Source of the DNA: a virus
Taxonomy: Duplodnaviria > Caudoviricetes
Virus record (IMG/VR): IMGVR_UViG_3300021408_000001
Location: 68,905 to 132,904 of that record
Length of the DNA: 64,000 bases
Strand: one strand, 5' to 3'
Made by a program: the position numbers and the translations under genes. A model generated the notes under the pieces. It was not told where the DNA came from. It did no database searches and was given only the letters and a program-made list of their open reading frames with translations. Below, one piece after another: positions 9,570-19,218 of the stretch (positions are counted from its first letter, which is position 1; every line of letters begins with the position of its first letter).

Positions 9570-9740
9570 ATGATGACTCAGTACCGTTGCCCGAATTGTG
9601 GGCACACTGAAAGTCAGTTCTTCGCCAACATCGAAGTTTGGCATGCATGCCCTAAGACAATGGGTCATGCTGCTGTGAGGCTTAAGGTCGTTAGCCCTGT
9701 CAAAGAGGCTAACCGAGTGCGTGACCTGTTGAAGTTGTAG
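9570..9740 (+). CDS. small Zn-ribbon-like protein
   Basis: CPNCGH..HACP; element plus RBS. Confidence 0.65.
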   Translation: MMTQYRCPNCGHTESQFFANIEVWHACPKTMGHAAVRLKVVSPVKEANRVRDLLKL

Positions 9741-9856
9741 TTGCTGAGAGCACAGGAGATCGCTCTCCTGTGCTCAATTGCAATATCAACATGGGAGTCT
9801 AGGGACGTTACGAAAGTAACTCTCTAGGTTGACCCTAAATGGGAAAGGGAATAACA

Positions 9857-9997
9857 ATGGATTGCTTCGATTATCCGCTTAGTGATGATGAAATCGACCG
9901 CGATGCATGGGATACCGACAACTACGATGGTGACGCTTTCTATGAGCGTCGTCCGTCCCAGCGTGGTAGTACTATCGACGCTGTTCTCGCTTCCTAG
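9857..9997 (+). CDS. small acidic protein (46 aa)
   Basis: RBS upstream; TAG in next element; Asp-rich. Confidence 0.65.
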   Translation: MDCFDYPLSDDEIDRDAWDTDNYDGDAFYERRPSQRGSTIDAVLAS

Positions 9998-10380
9998 TCG
10001 CTACTGAGGGCTAAGGACTACGGTCCTTAGTCCAATTGTAGTTACTAAGGTGAAGGGTAGAATGATGCTCACTAAGGAAAGCGGTTGCAAGCATTGTGGT
10101 AAGCAAATTGCCCGCAATGCTGATGGTGTATGGGTGACTATTATTATTCAAGACGCCGAGTGCGTATGGAATTTCGCGGATTTGGTACATGTGCCAGCCT
10201 ATGGCAATTGGAGCTAGCAACGATTGAGGGTAGCCAATAACTATATTGGCTACCCGATTGTCGTTACTAAATAGGGAAAGGGATTGCAATGGAAATCTTT
10301 AGTCTTGTGCTCGTTGAGGTTTCTCGTCCGCGTGGTGGTAGCAAGTGGGCGCGGTTCCTGCGCTCGTTGGTGCGCTAGTC

Positions 10381-10614
10381 ATGGATGATAACAAGCTTTG
10401 GGTTGACGCCTACCAGATTGCTTACATTGGTGGGAGCAATAAGCGAGCAATCGCTAATGCACTCATCAATTACACCAAGCAATTAGGTAGCAAGCATGTC
10501 GCGGTTCGTGCTATCGCTGGTCACCTACTGTACCTTTACGGGTACGATTTGGGTCCGGAGATCACGGACCTTAACAAGGTGCTTGCTAAGGCTGTTGAAC
10601 TTGGTATTGCCTAG
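10381..10614 (+). CDS. hypothetical protein
   Basis: ATG just after a short upstream ORF; TAG in next element. Confidence 0.65.
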   Translation: MDDNKLWVDAYQIAYIGGSNKRAIANALINYTKQLGSKHVAVRAIAGHLLYLYGYDLGPEITDLNKVLAKAVELGIA

Positions 10615-10686
10615 TGCAAGCTGAGAGCACAGGGGAGTGATCCCCTGTGCTCGATTGTTAGTACTAGACAGGGGAAGGGAAGAGCA

Positions 10687-10884
10687 ATGGCAAGAATCAC
10701 AAACAAAGAAGTGATGCGCGAGCGTTATAACAACGCTTGGTATTACGCTCTTGGTCGACTGACGGAACGCGGATTCGGTAATAGCGGTAGCGTTGATGAT
10801 TTCGTTGACTATCTTCGTGCTCTTGACGATTACGAAGTTATGAGCAAGTCTCTTGCTCAACACTTTGAGAATTGGAGTCATTGA
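10687..10884 (+). CDS. hypothetical protein
   Basis: Element plus RBS. Confidence 0.7.
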   Translation: MARITNKEVMRERYNNAWYYALGRLTERGFGNSGSVDDFVDYLRALDDYEVMSKSLAQHFENWSH

Positions 10885-11028
10885 TGGCGGCTATTGACGT
10901 ACTGCGCGAGCGACTGGAAGAACAACGAAATTGGACGTCGGTAGTGTTTCCCTCTGGTGATTACGTCTACGAAGAGGGTAAGGCAGAAGGCATGCGCATT
11001 GCACTTAAGTTGATGGAAGAGGCTGAGA

Positions 11029-11220
11029 ATGCGGTTTGAAGATCCTAGTTGGGCTGAAATACAGCGTGTCAGAGAGCGTGAGGCTGCTTATAGGGATAAG
11101 GCACTTCCTGTTGTAAGCAAGCTCGATACGACGCTTAGTAACTACCGCAAGGGTACGCTTACCTTTGGCGAGTTGCTCCTTAGCGTCAATAACTCTCTAC
11201 ACCAGCTAGATCAAATCTAG
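11029..11220 (+). CDS. hypothetical protein
   Basis: TAG in next element. Confidence 0.6.
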   Translation: MRFEDPSWAEIQRVREREAAYRDKALPVVSKLDTTLSNYRKGTLTFGELLLSVNNSLHQLDQI

Positions 11221-11289
11221 TCGTTACTGACCTAGCACTAGAGATAGTGCTAGGGACTGTAATTACTGGTAAGGGAAAGGGAGAAAGCA

Positions 11290-11544
11290 ATGGCACATAG
11301 AAAGACAATCCATGTCGCTCGCGTCAGGGAGTTGGGCAATACGTACTTGAGATTGTCCAGTACTGGCGATAAGGAAGGCCGCTACGGAGTTGTTGGTTTA
11401 CTTGAGCAAGTGCTCATGGAGACTGACAACTACCACGGATTTAATTATCTGGATTCGGAATTTGTCGCTGATCCCAGCGAAGTTGATCCGAATGCAAGGT
11501 CGCTCCGCGACGACTACGACGATAGCCGTAGGAAGTACTACTAA
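11290..11544 (+). CDS. hypothetical protein
   Basis: Element plus RBS; TAATG coupling to next gene. Confidence 0.75.
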   Translation: MAHRKTIHVARVRELGNTYLRLSSTGDKEGRYGVVGLLEQVLMETDNYHGFNYLDSEFVADPSEVDPNARSLRDDYDDSRRKYY

Positions 11545-11780
11545 TGCCTACTGACGAATTTGGCGAGCCTCTGGAATGCCTTAACGGTCCGGAGGATTGC
11601 GTAGGCCCTGTGGACTATCGGCTAGCTCCTGGTGGTAAGGCGTGGCCACGTTGTGAGTACCACGCTAATAAGCGCTGGGACGACTACGACGATGAGAATA
11701 GCGTTGAGCGCTATGCGGATAGCGACGCTGTTCCCGAGTGGTTTGATCCGTCCTACGCTGGTGAAAGTTGGGATGATTAG
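11544..11780 (+). CDS. acidic Cys/His-containing hypothetical protein
   Basis: TAATG coupling; C..C..C..H; WFDPSYAGESWDD tail. Confidence 0.75.
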   Translation: MPTDEFGEPLECLNGPEDCVGPVDYRLAPGGKAWPRCEYHANKRWDDYDDENSVERYADSDAVPEWFDPSYAGESWDD

Positions 11781-11849
11781 TCGTTACTGAGAGCGTAGGG
11801 CTTAGGTCCTACGCTTGATTGTAGTTACTAAATGGGAAAGGGAAGAGCA

Positions 11850-12035
11850 ATGCTTGTGCCGGATGATAATATCATGGCTGACGATCACACATTCAGTACC
11901 GTTGCTATGTGGTATAACGAATCTGTTGATGTGTTGCAGCGAGTTGGTAATAGTTACCTTATTCGTAGGCCTTCTGGTATCACTATCACAGTGAGCCAGC
12001 GTGAACTTAGTGGTATTCGTCACACTTCACGTTAA
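11850..12035 (+). CDS. hypothetical protein
   Basis: Element plus RBS. Confidence 0.65.
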   Translation: MLVPDDNIMADDHTFSTVAMWYNESVDVLQRVGNSYLIRRPSGITITVSQRELSGIRHTSR

Positions 12036-12153
12036 CAAGTAGCTGAGAGCACAGGACGTTAGATTTACTAACCACTGAGATACTGTTTGGTGGTAGACAA
12101 TGTCCTGTGCTCAATTGCTAGTTGTTAGTGCAAATTGGGAAAGGGAGAAGCAA

Positions 12154-12600
12154 ATGAATGTGTTCAAGCTGATTAATGCAATCAACGATGTCGTTGCATT
12201 CAAGCCTGGGTACAAGCTGAGTGCCATTGATTGGAGTCGTCGTCACGCTGGGTCAATTCTTGTGCGAGTTACGTACAGGACCTTTGACTACAGCGCGGCA
12301 TACGCTCCCAACTACGGTAACTTTACCGAGTTGGAAATTTCGTGGTACTTCTGCATTGTTCCCGAGCACTACGACAACGAGCGTGGTTTCTGGCGAGGGT
12401 TCTTCGATAATCTCATGAGACTAGAGACTCATGAGAACCGTGAGGCTTTCCGTATCTTCAATCCTGATACGGATAAGTGGGAGGGGCCATTTAACCCCCA
12501 TGAGCCGAGTGGGCAGAAGAGCTTTGGCAGCATCGCTGAGGATATCCAGTTCGGCGATCTTGTCATCAACCCGGAAGACGTTGAGGTTCTGTTCGACTAG
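12154..12600 (+). CDS. hypothetical protein
   Basis: Element plus RBS; TAG in next element. Confidence 0.8.
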   Translation: MNVFKLINAINDVVAFKPGYKLSAIDWSRRHAGSILVRVTYRTFDYSAAYAPNYGNFTELEISWYFCIVPEHYDNERGFWRGFFDNLMRLETHENREAFRIFNPDTDKWEGPFNPHEPSGQKSFGSIAEDIQFGDLVINPEDVEVLFD

Positions 12601-12671
12601 TGCTAGCTGAGAGTAGCCAACAGTGTTGGCTACTCGATTGTTAGTATTGGTACGGGGAAAGGGAGAAAGCA

Positions 12672-13124
12672 ATGAGACAAGATTTCCAAGTGCTAGGTAA
12701 TTTGTATATCCCCAATGTCGATATCAGTCTTAGGTACCCCTTGTTTGAGGGGCCGCATTGGGGTCATCGTGTTCCTAGACAAGTGTTGAGTATCGCTAAT
12801 CGTGGTCCTAGCAGTGCTGCGAATCATTGGCATCACGATCAACCATTAGATATTGGTTTGATCCTGTGGTCAAACATGTTTCCAACAGAAATTAGGTTGT
12901 CGGATGGCAGAATTGTTACTGCTAAGCCATTTGATGTGGTGTTGCTGGACAATGCCAACGTTCACCATAGGACGCCAGAGTATGTCGTTAAGTTGGCGCA
13001 AAGAGGCGCTAGCATTAATCGTTATCTCATTCGTGGGATCTACGATGGCTATCCGTCCGATGATGTTATCAGTGAGTGGAAGAATCAACTAGCACGTAAG
13101 AAGACGCTTGTCAGTGCAAGCTGA
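12672..13124 (+). CDS. possible 2OG-Fe(II)/cupin-like oxygenase
   Basis: WHHD..VHHRTP..RYLIR spacing fits an HxD..H..R double-stranded beta-helix motif. Confidence 0.45.
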   Translation: MRQDFQVLGNLYIPNVDISLRYPLFEGPHWGHRVPRQVLSIANRGPSSAANHWHHDQPLDIGLILWSNMFPTEIRLSDGRIVTAKPFDVVLLDNANVHHRTPEYVVKLAQRGASINRYLIRGIYDGYPSDDVISEWKNQLARKKTLVSAS

Positions 13125-13186
13125 GGGTAAGCGGGCGGTTGCTCGCTTATCCAATTGTTAGTACTGAAAGGGAAAGGGAGAAAGCA

Positions 13187-13504
13187 ATGGGTGCACTACT
13201 ACTCATCGGCACAGTGGTCGTCATGACTGCAGTGCTACTAATCGTCGGCGCCGTATTGGCATCAATCGCAAGGGAAGACAATGGAAATCATCGCAGCAAT
13301 CGTCATCGTGGTGCTGATTCTGGCAGCAACACCCACAAGCAAGCCTCGCGAGAAGACGAATATCGTAGGGCAGGCAACGGGTCAAATGACGCCGGAGCAG
13401 CGCAGGTTGCGTTACGAGATATTGAGAGCATCATCAACGGCCGTCGCACATGGGTCAACACGTCGGACCAAGTGAGGGAAGTTCTTAGGTCGGTCGATTA
13501 CTAA
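13187..13504 (+). CDS. membrane-anchored hypothetical protein
   Basis: N-terminal TM segment; element plus RBS; could be two overlapping shorter ORFs. Confidence 0.55.
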   Translation: MGALLLIGTVVVMTAVLLIVGAVLASIAREDNGNHRSNRHRGADSGSNTHKQASREDEYRRAGNGSNDAGAAQVALRDIESIINGRRTWVNTSDQVREVLRSVDY

Positions 13505-14312
13505 TTGACTCTGAGGGTATAGGGCTTAGGTCCTATACCCAATTGAGCTAATTAGAAAGGGAAAGGGAGAAAGCAAATGAAAGTAACCACTACTACAGTG
13601 CGGTGGACGCTAGCACTGATCGTAGTGCTGGGATTCGCAGTCGCAGCACTAGTGCTTAATGACATCGCGGTACTCATCGGCGGTGCTATTGGCACTCTCG
13701 CTGTTACTGCGTTTCATGAGGTGCTGGACTACTTGGGGTATTAGTTAGTGTTGAGAGAACACAGGACTCCTGTGTTCTCAATTGCACTAATTGATTAAGG
13801 GAAAGGGAGAAAGTAATGATCTTTATTTACTTTGTGAAGAAGGTCATTGAGGCTGTCAAGGAGTATAAGAAGGCAAAGAGCAATGGTTGATTACGTCAAG
13901 CGGACCAACGGTGGCTATTACATCCTCTACCTGAATCAGAAGCTTGGGCACATTGTGCCTATTGGGGATGGCTATTGGGCTGCTGTTGATAACGCTGGGT
14001 TCCGGGTATGGAACCCTACGACTAGTGCTGAGACTGCCGCGCAACTTCTATTTGTGAGTCAGGCGGTTTAGGACCATGGCACTTCGATATGAAATCAAGG
14101 ACACGTATAACCCTACGTGGCGCGGCCAGCGTTTCAGTACTAAGGAACGAGGTAAGCGTGAGCTTGCTCATGCGTTTCCGCCGGGTAGGTGGGAGCTAAT
14201 TGACCGTGAGACCAAAGAGGTTATCGCAGTAAGCGAGTAGTGATTGCGGCAACACAGGGTCCTCCTGTGTTGCCAATTGTCATTACTGGTAAATGGGAAA
14301 GGGAGAAAGCAA

Positions 14313-14522
14313 ATGCAAATCACTCATGAGTACAAGCTGACCCGTACGGATCATATCAAGTACAAGCACAGTCCGGCCGGGCATTACGACAACGCTGTTG
14401 TTGAGCTGACACGCAAGGATGTTGAGGATCTCGTTAGCGCACTGCCTGCGCGTAGTGCTGTTCGCGGTAACCTCTCTGCCATTCGTGCGAAGCTGGTCAC
14501 AGTGCTTGACACTGAGGGTTAA
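14313..14522 (+). CDS. hypothetical protein
   Basis: Element plus RBS; TAATG coupling. Confidence 0.7.
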   Translation: MQITHEYKLTRTDHIKYKHSPAGHYDNAVVELTRKDVEDLVSALPARSAVRGNLSAIRAKLVTVLDTEG

Positions 14523-14785
14523 TGCTTACTTACGAGAAGATGTCAGGTAAGGACATTCGCCCCGGTGATTACGTCATTCTTCATCTAACCCCATATGAAA
14601 TTGAAGTCATGTATGTGGAGTCATTATCTGTTAGCAATGACCTTGATTTCAGGTACAGCGCAGATGGTCCACAGCGATACATGAATAACTTGTACGACGA
14701 CGAGTTTACTACAGGCTCTCGTTATAGGAATTACTACGCTATTTGGAAGCATTCCTCTTACAAGGTAATTAGGTTTCCCGACTGA
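14522..14785 (+). CDS. hypothetical protein
   Basis: Translationally coupled to upstream gene. Confidence 0.7.
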   Translation: MLTYEKMSGKDIRPGDYVILHLTPYEIEVMYVESLSVSNDLDFRYSADGPQRYMNNLYDDEFTTGSRYRNYYAIWKHSSYKVIRFPD

Positions 14786-14999
14786 GTAGTAATTGAGACA
14801 GCACAGGAGTAAATCATGGCTGATGTACTGTTCTTTGTGAACTGCATTGCTATGTTCGCATCAATCGATAGAGAAATAGCACTCTTTCTAGCTGGTGGTG
14901 CGGCTGGCATTGCTGATTCTTAGTAGTAATTGAGAGCATGCACCAATGGTGCATGCTCGATTGTTACTATTAGCAATAGGGGAAAGGGAAGAGCACAAA

Positions 15000-15344
15000 A
15001 TGGATACCCGCACGGTTACTGTTACCATTGGCCGAAACGTAGGGGACGACCCGCTTAGCGCTAGCTCTTGGAATGACTATTTCCGAGAGACGCGCGATGC
15101 GGTGGAAGCGTCTAGCGCTGCGCTGCTCACGGTTGCCCCTTACCGGGGCGCCTGGGAAGGCGTTAAGGAAGACGCTGGTATCTTCTACGGTTTGGGCGTT
15201 GACGACGACGACCTAGCGTCGCTGCGTGCGCGGCTGGAAACGCTCGCTAGCAAGTACGGACAGGCCGCTATCGGCCTGTCCGTTGGCGAGAACGAGCTTG
15301 TCCGGCCTTTCGCTACCGCGGCTCCGCTGGTCAGTACGGTTTAG
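15000..15344 (+). CDS. hypothetical protein
   Basis: Element plus RBS; TAG in next element. Confidence 0.8.
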   Translation: MDTRTVTVTIGRNVGDDPLSASSWNDYFRETRDAVEASSAALLTVAPYRGAWEGVKEDAGIFYGLGVDDDDLASLRARLETLASKYGQAAIGLSVGENELVRPFATAAPLVSTV

Positions 15345-15415
15345 TAGTTACTGAGAGCACAGGGCTTATGTCCTGTGCTCAATTGCAATTACTAGATAGG
15401 GGAAGGGAGAAAGCA

Positions 15416-15601
15416 ATGATCTATACAAATGGACTGCCCGATTTCGATAGGGGTGTGCTCGCTGGTTACAACGACCATGCCACGAATAAGGGTCTAGATC
15501 CTGATCTAGAGCACTATCGTAAGGCGTACGCTACCGGCTACAGTGTCGGGTATTCGCTTTACGGTACCCTACTGCTAGCTCGCGCTGGTGAATTGCATTG
15601 A
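15416..15601 (+). CDS. hypothetical protein
   Basis: Element plus RBS; YxxGYxxGY motif. Confidence 0.65.
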   Translation: MIYTNGLPDFDRGVLAGYNDHATNKGLDPDLEHYRKAYATGYSVGYSLYGTLLLARAGELH

Positions 15602-15860
15602 GCAATGACTCTACTCATTGTCTCAGTGGTGTTATGGGTTAGTGTCATAGGGGTACTGGCATACGACCAGAGTAGGGAAGAGGCGTAGTGCAAATCAATA
15701 TTAATATCACGTTTCCGGCCCTACTGTTTATCGTAGGGCTGATCGCTCTTGTGGTATTCCTAGTACTGCAAGTGCCGAACATCCTTTGGGGTATGGGTAC
15801 CGTCGCGATCTATCTATTGGTCGCGTGGGTACTTTGGCCCAATAGGTACTGAGGGGTCTA

Positions 15861-16055
15861 ATGTCTCACATTAAAGTAGTAAGAAACGAGGGTGACTCCC
15901 TAACTATAAAGGACTCAAGAGGACGTGAGTACTTGCTCGTTGATATGGGCACAGGACTAGCGATATCGACAGAGTCGCTTGTTGAAATTGTCGCAGCGAA
16001 TAGGGAACAGTCAGTTACACTAAATGGTGCCGATGTTATCGTCTATAGGGCTTAG
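15861..16055 (+). CDS. hypothetical protein
   Basis: GAGGGG RBS; TAG in next element. Confidence 0.65.
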   Translation: MSHIKVVRNEGDSLTIKDSRGREYLLVDMGTGLAISTESLVEIVAANREQSVTLNGADVIVYRA

Positions 16056-16121
16056 TAGCTGCTGAGGATAGACGACAATGTCGTCTATCCAATTGCAATT
16101 ACTAAAAAAGGGAAAGGGATT

Positions 16122-16313
16122 ATGCACGAGTGGTTTGAGAACCTTGTCATGCTCGTTAAGCCTCACATTGAGGATATCGCCGGTGACTTGAGCAATACTA
16201 CCGATTTCATGTTTGGCTATTTCGTCGGTACCGACACTGCCACGCTTGTCATTGATGCTCCTGATATTGATGGCGAGTATAAGTATTCGTTTACTTATAC
16301 CACGTACGGTTAG
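16122..16313 (+). CDS. hypothetical protein
   Basis: Element plus RBS; TAG in next element. Confidence 0.75.
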   Translation: MHEWFENLVMLVKPHIEDIAGDLSNTTDFMFGYFVGTDTATLVIDAPDIDGEYKYSFTYTTYG

Positions 16314-16385
16314 TAGCTGCTGAGGATACACAGGTTCTCCTGTGTATCCAATTGCAATTACTAAATAGGGAAAGGGAGAAAGCAA

Positions 16386-16661
16386 ATGGACGGTATTTAC
16401 GTTAACATTGATGGCAAGGGGTGGGTTCGCCCTAAGTCCAAGAAAGAGATCAAGGAAATCGTTAGTACCAACCCGGAAGGTGTGAAGGTTGAATACACTT
16501 CACTCTTCAACATCGCTGAGGTTGAGGATAACGTAGCAGAGCTGCGTGTTGGGGCTAAGATCAACTTTGTTGGTCCTGACCCTTACACGCGTCGCAACTT
16601 CTACGGAACCATTACCGTTAGCGAAGATGCTGATGGTAACAAGCGAATCGTGGTTAAGTGA
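16386..16661 (+). CDS. hypothetical protein
   Basis: Element plus RBS; VGPDPY..RNFY motif. Confidence 0.75.
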   Translation: MDGIYVNIDGKGWVRPKSKKEIKEIVSTNPEGVKVEYTSLFNIAEVEDNVAELRVGAKINFVGPDPYTRRNFYGTITVSEDADGNKRIVVK

Positions 16662-16846
16662 TGAGTTATCAAGAAGGATCAGCTTATTGGCACAAAGAGC
16701 AGGCTGAGAAGCAACTTGCTATTGCTGAGGATATCCTCACGAAAGACAAAGGCTTTAATCAGCATCACTCTGATAGGGCAAGCGCTCATGCGGCTATCGC
16801 TGATGCCCATGCGCGCATCTTTGCTGCCATGCTACCTACTCTTTAA
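16658..16846 (+). CDS. hypothetical protein
   Basis: GTGA overlap with upstream gene. Confidence 0.6.
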   Translation: MMSYQEGSAYWHKEQAEKQLAIAEDILTKDKGFNQHHSDRASAHAAIADAHARIFAAMLPTL

Positions 16847-17104
16847 GTAGTTGGCGAAGTACGTAGCTGAGTCCGGTGATCACGTGATACCTGGTAGTTA
16901 CGATAGAGTTAGTGGATTCGTTCGCTACCGACTATCTAGTGAGCACAGGGCGGACGTGACCTATAGCGTTTATCGAATTGACTCACAAGAAAGATTCGTA
17001 GGCCATTGGGTTAATGGTGGCTGGATCTAGTGCTAGCTGAGGATACACAGGTCCTCCTGTGTATCCGACTGTTAGTATTGATCAATAGGGAAAGGGAAGG
17101 CACT

Positions 17105-17299
17105 ATGAGCAAGTACGAGGTTGCTCAATTTGATGGTGGGTGGTGGGTGTTGAGGGAAGAGCGTAGGGATAGCGATAATAGGTATATCCAATCGTCTGAT
17201 ACCTATTATGTTCCCCACGCTACTACCGGAGGTGACGAAGATACAGCGTTTGAAATCGCTAATACGCTTAACACTTCTTATTACAACCTAGAGACTTGA
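17105..17299 (+). CDS. hypothetical protein
   Basis: Element plus RBS. Confidence 0.7.
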   Translation: MSKYEVAQFDGGWWVLREERRDSDNRYIQSSDTYYVPHATTGGDEDTAFEIANTLNTSYYNLET

Positions 17300-17302
17300 T
17301 TA

Positions 17303-17653
17303 GTGGAGATGTATACGCAGCTGCCTATGTTCATGTCTGGCAAAGAGATATGGGATAACATCTTTGCTGGTAGTTGGGTAACTGCTGACCATTACGGACA
17401 GTATCCACCAGAGGAAGTCTATGACATGAAGCTAAGAGCTACTCGGCATCTGCGATCTAGTGTTGCAGAACACGGTGTCAAAAGACCAATTGTTCTCATG
17501 TCCGATTATATCGAAGGCTTTGTCACTATAGGCAATGGTCACCACCGCAGTGTTCTAGCTAATGAGCTGGACCTAATCGTTCCGGTCGTATGGACTACTG
17601 ATGATGTCCATGCTGTCGATTATCTAGGTCACGATGATTCTTGGACATGGTAG
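17303..17653 (+). CDS. ParB/Srx-like domain protein
   Basis: LRSSVAEHGVKRPIVL..IGNGHHR..VPV. Confidence 0.7.
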   Translation: MEMYTQLPMFMSGKEIWDNIFAGSWVTADHYGQYPPEEVYDMKLRATRHLRSSVAEHGVKRPIVLMSDYIEGFVTIGNGHHRSVLANELDLIVPVVWTTDDVHAVDYLGHDDSWTW

Positions 17654-17721
17654 CTACTGAGACTAGACATCATTGATGTCTAGTCAATTGTAGTTATTTG
17701 ACTAGGGAAAGGGAATAGCAA

Positions 17722-17976
17722 ATGGCATTCACACAGGAGCACTTTGAGTTTGTGGCGGCCCTGATTCGTGATAGCGAGGAGCACTTCAAATCAAACAAGG
17801 CACATGCCGAGTTTGCTAAGAAGGCAGCGCGGCGACTTGGTAGTACCAACCCACGCTTTGATTTCAAGCGCTTTATCAGTGCCTCTATGCCTCGATGGCT
17901 AGTTGGCGCTCGTGGTGAAATTGCTTGGAACAAGGTTAGTCGTGAGCTGATTGAGGAGAACAAGGAAGGCGTTTGA
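17722..17976 (+). CDS. hypothetical protein
   Basis: Element plus RBS; NPRFDxxRF motif. Confidence 0.75.
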   Translation: MAFTQEHFEFVAALIRDSEEHFKSNKAHAEFAKKAARRLGSTNPRFDFKRFISASMPRWLVGARGEIAWNKVSRELIEENKEGV

Positions 17977-18194
17977 AGATGGCAACTACTAGAATGAGTG
18001 GTGCGGCTGAACGTGGCCGGGCGATTGTTGATATGGCCAACGGCTATGACGACATCGTCTCTATGCTTGCTGACATTGACGCCTTTCTTCTAGCTGATGG
18101 GAGACAACCAATTGATGTAGTGAGCACGTATGCTCGCACTATGTCATTGGAACGCATGCGCTTAGATGAAGTGTGGGATAGACGACATAGCTAA
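17973..18194 (+). CDS. hypothetical protein
   Basis: Coupled to upstream gene; stop in next element. Confidence 0.65.
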   Translation: MKMATTRMSGAAERGRAIVDMANGYDDIVSMLADIDAFLLADGRQPIDVVSTYARTMSLERMRLDEVWDRRHS

Positions 18195-18262
18195 TGCAAG
18201 CTGAGGGTAGGCGAGAAATCGCCTATCCAATTGTTTGTGTTGGACAAGGGAAAGGAATAAAG

Positions 18263-18586
18263 TTGCAAATCAAGGGGTTGAGTACCCAAGAGCGCGTTGC
18301 CAACGGTATTGCTCTGTTCAATGAGCACGTACCGGACTGGCGCGAACGCATTGACACCAACATGCTTGACGTTGGTGACCTGCTGTCGTGCCCTGTTACA
18401 CAAGTGATTGGCGGTTTCACGGCTGGACTCAAGAGGTTGGGTCTAGAGATGGACCGTAGTGGCATCTACGTGGATGCTTACAAGTATGGATTCGATGTTC
18501 CTGTAGATAGTGGGGACTATGGTGATGAATACGAGGATCTTACTAACGAGTGGTATTTCCAATTGACCGGTAAGGTTCGTTCCTAG
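18263..18586 (+). CDS. hypothetical protein
   Basis: TTG start after element plus RBS; TAG in next element. Confidence 0.7.
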   Translation: MQIKGLSTQERVANGIALFNEHVPDWRERIDTNMLDVGDLLSCPVTQVIGGFTAGLKRLGLEMDRSGIYVDAYKYGFDVPVDSGDYGDEYEDLTNEWYFQLTGKVRS

Positions 18587-18655
18587 TCGTTACTGAGGAT
18601 AGGCGAGAAATTGCCTATCCAATTGTAGTTACTAGATAGGGGAAGGGAAAGCAAT

Positions 18656-18901
18656 ATGGAAGATAGAATCTGGGCATACGCTGAATCACCTTATCAACAT
18701 TGGTTCGATGGTTTATGTGATGGAATGCTTGACGCTCCTGAGGGTATTCGACGCGTCCCTCATCACAAAATGATTATTGATGATAATTTGGAGGCTGTTC
18801 ATCTGTTTTCAGACGGCTATACAATTGGGTTTAACCTGGTGACAAACCTTCTAGATCAGGGTATCATCAATGATGATGGCGCAATCACTGAATACGAATA
18901 G
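18656..18901 (+). CDS. hypothetical acidic protein
   Basis: Element plus RBS. Confidence 0.7.
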   Translation: MEDRIWAYAESPYQHWFDGLCDGMLDAPEGIRRVPHHKMIIDDNLEAVHLFSDGYTIGFNLVTNLLDQGIINDDGAITEYE

Positions 18902-18987
18902 CACCTACCGGGTGACACTAGCCTTAGTTAGTGTCATTCCGCATGGCTGCTAATTGGTAGCAGTTATGGGAAAGGGATAAAATCAAC

Positions 18988-19218
18988 ATGTGTGGTTCCT
19001 ATGAGGACGATAACACTGACGTCAACGACTACGACGATGAGGTCTACGAGACTGACGTTGTCGCGGCCGATGAGTCCGAGTGGTTGACGCGCGTGCGTGA
19101 TGCGCAGCGCGACGACCGAGAGGCTGCTGAGCTGGAAGTGGTTAAGGCCGAGGGTGGCAATGAGATTGACGCCATCCTTGCGGCTCTTGCTGATCGGCAT
19201 CCGGCCTTCGCTCGGTAA
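18988..19218 (+). CDS. highly acidic small protein
   Basis: RBS upstream; Asp/Glu-rich; ends IDAILAA like the 9857 ORF (IDAVLAS). Confidence 0.75.
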   Translation: MCGSYEDDNTDVNDYDDEVYETDVVAADESEWLTRVRDAQRDDREAAELEVVKAEGGNEIDAILAALADRHPAFAR

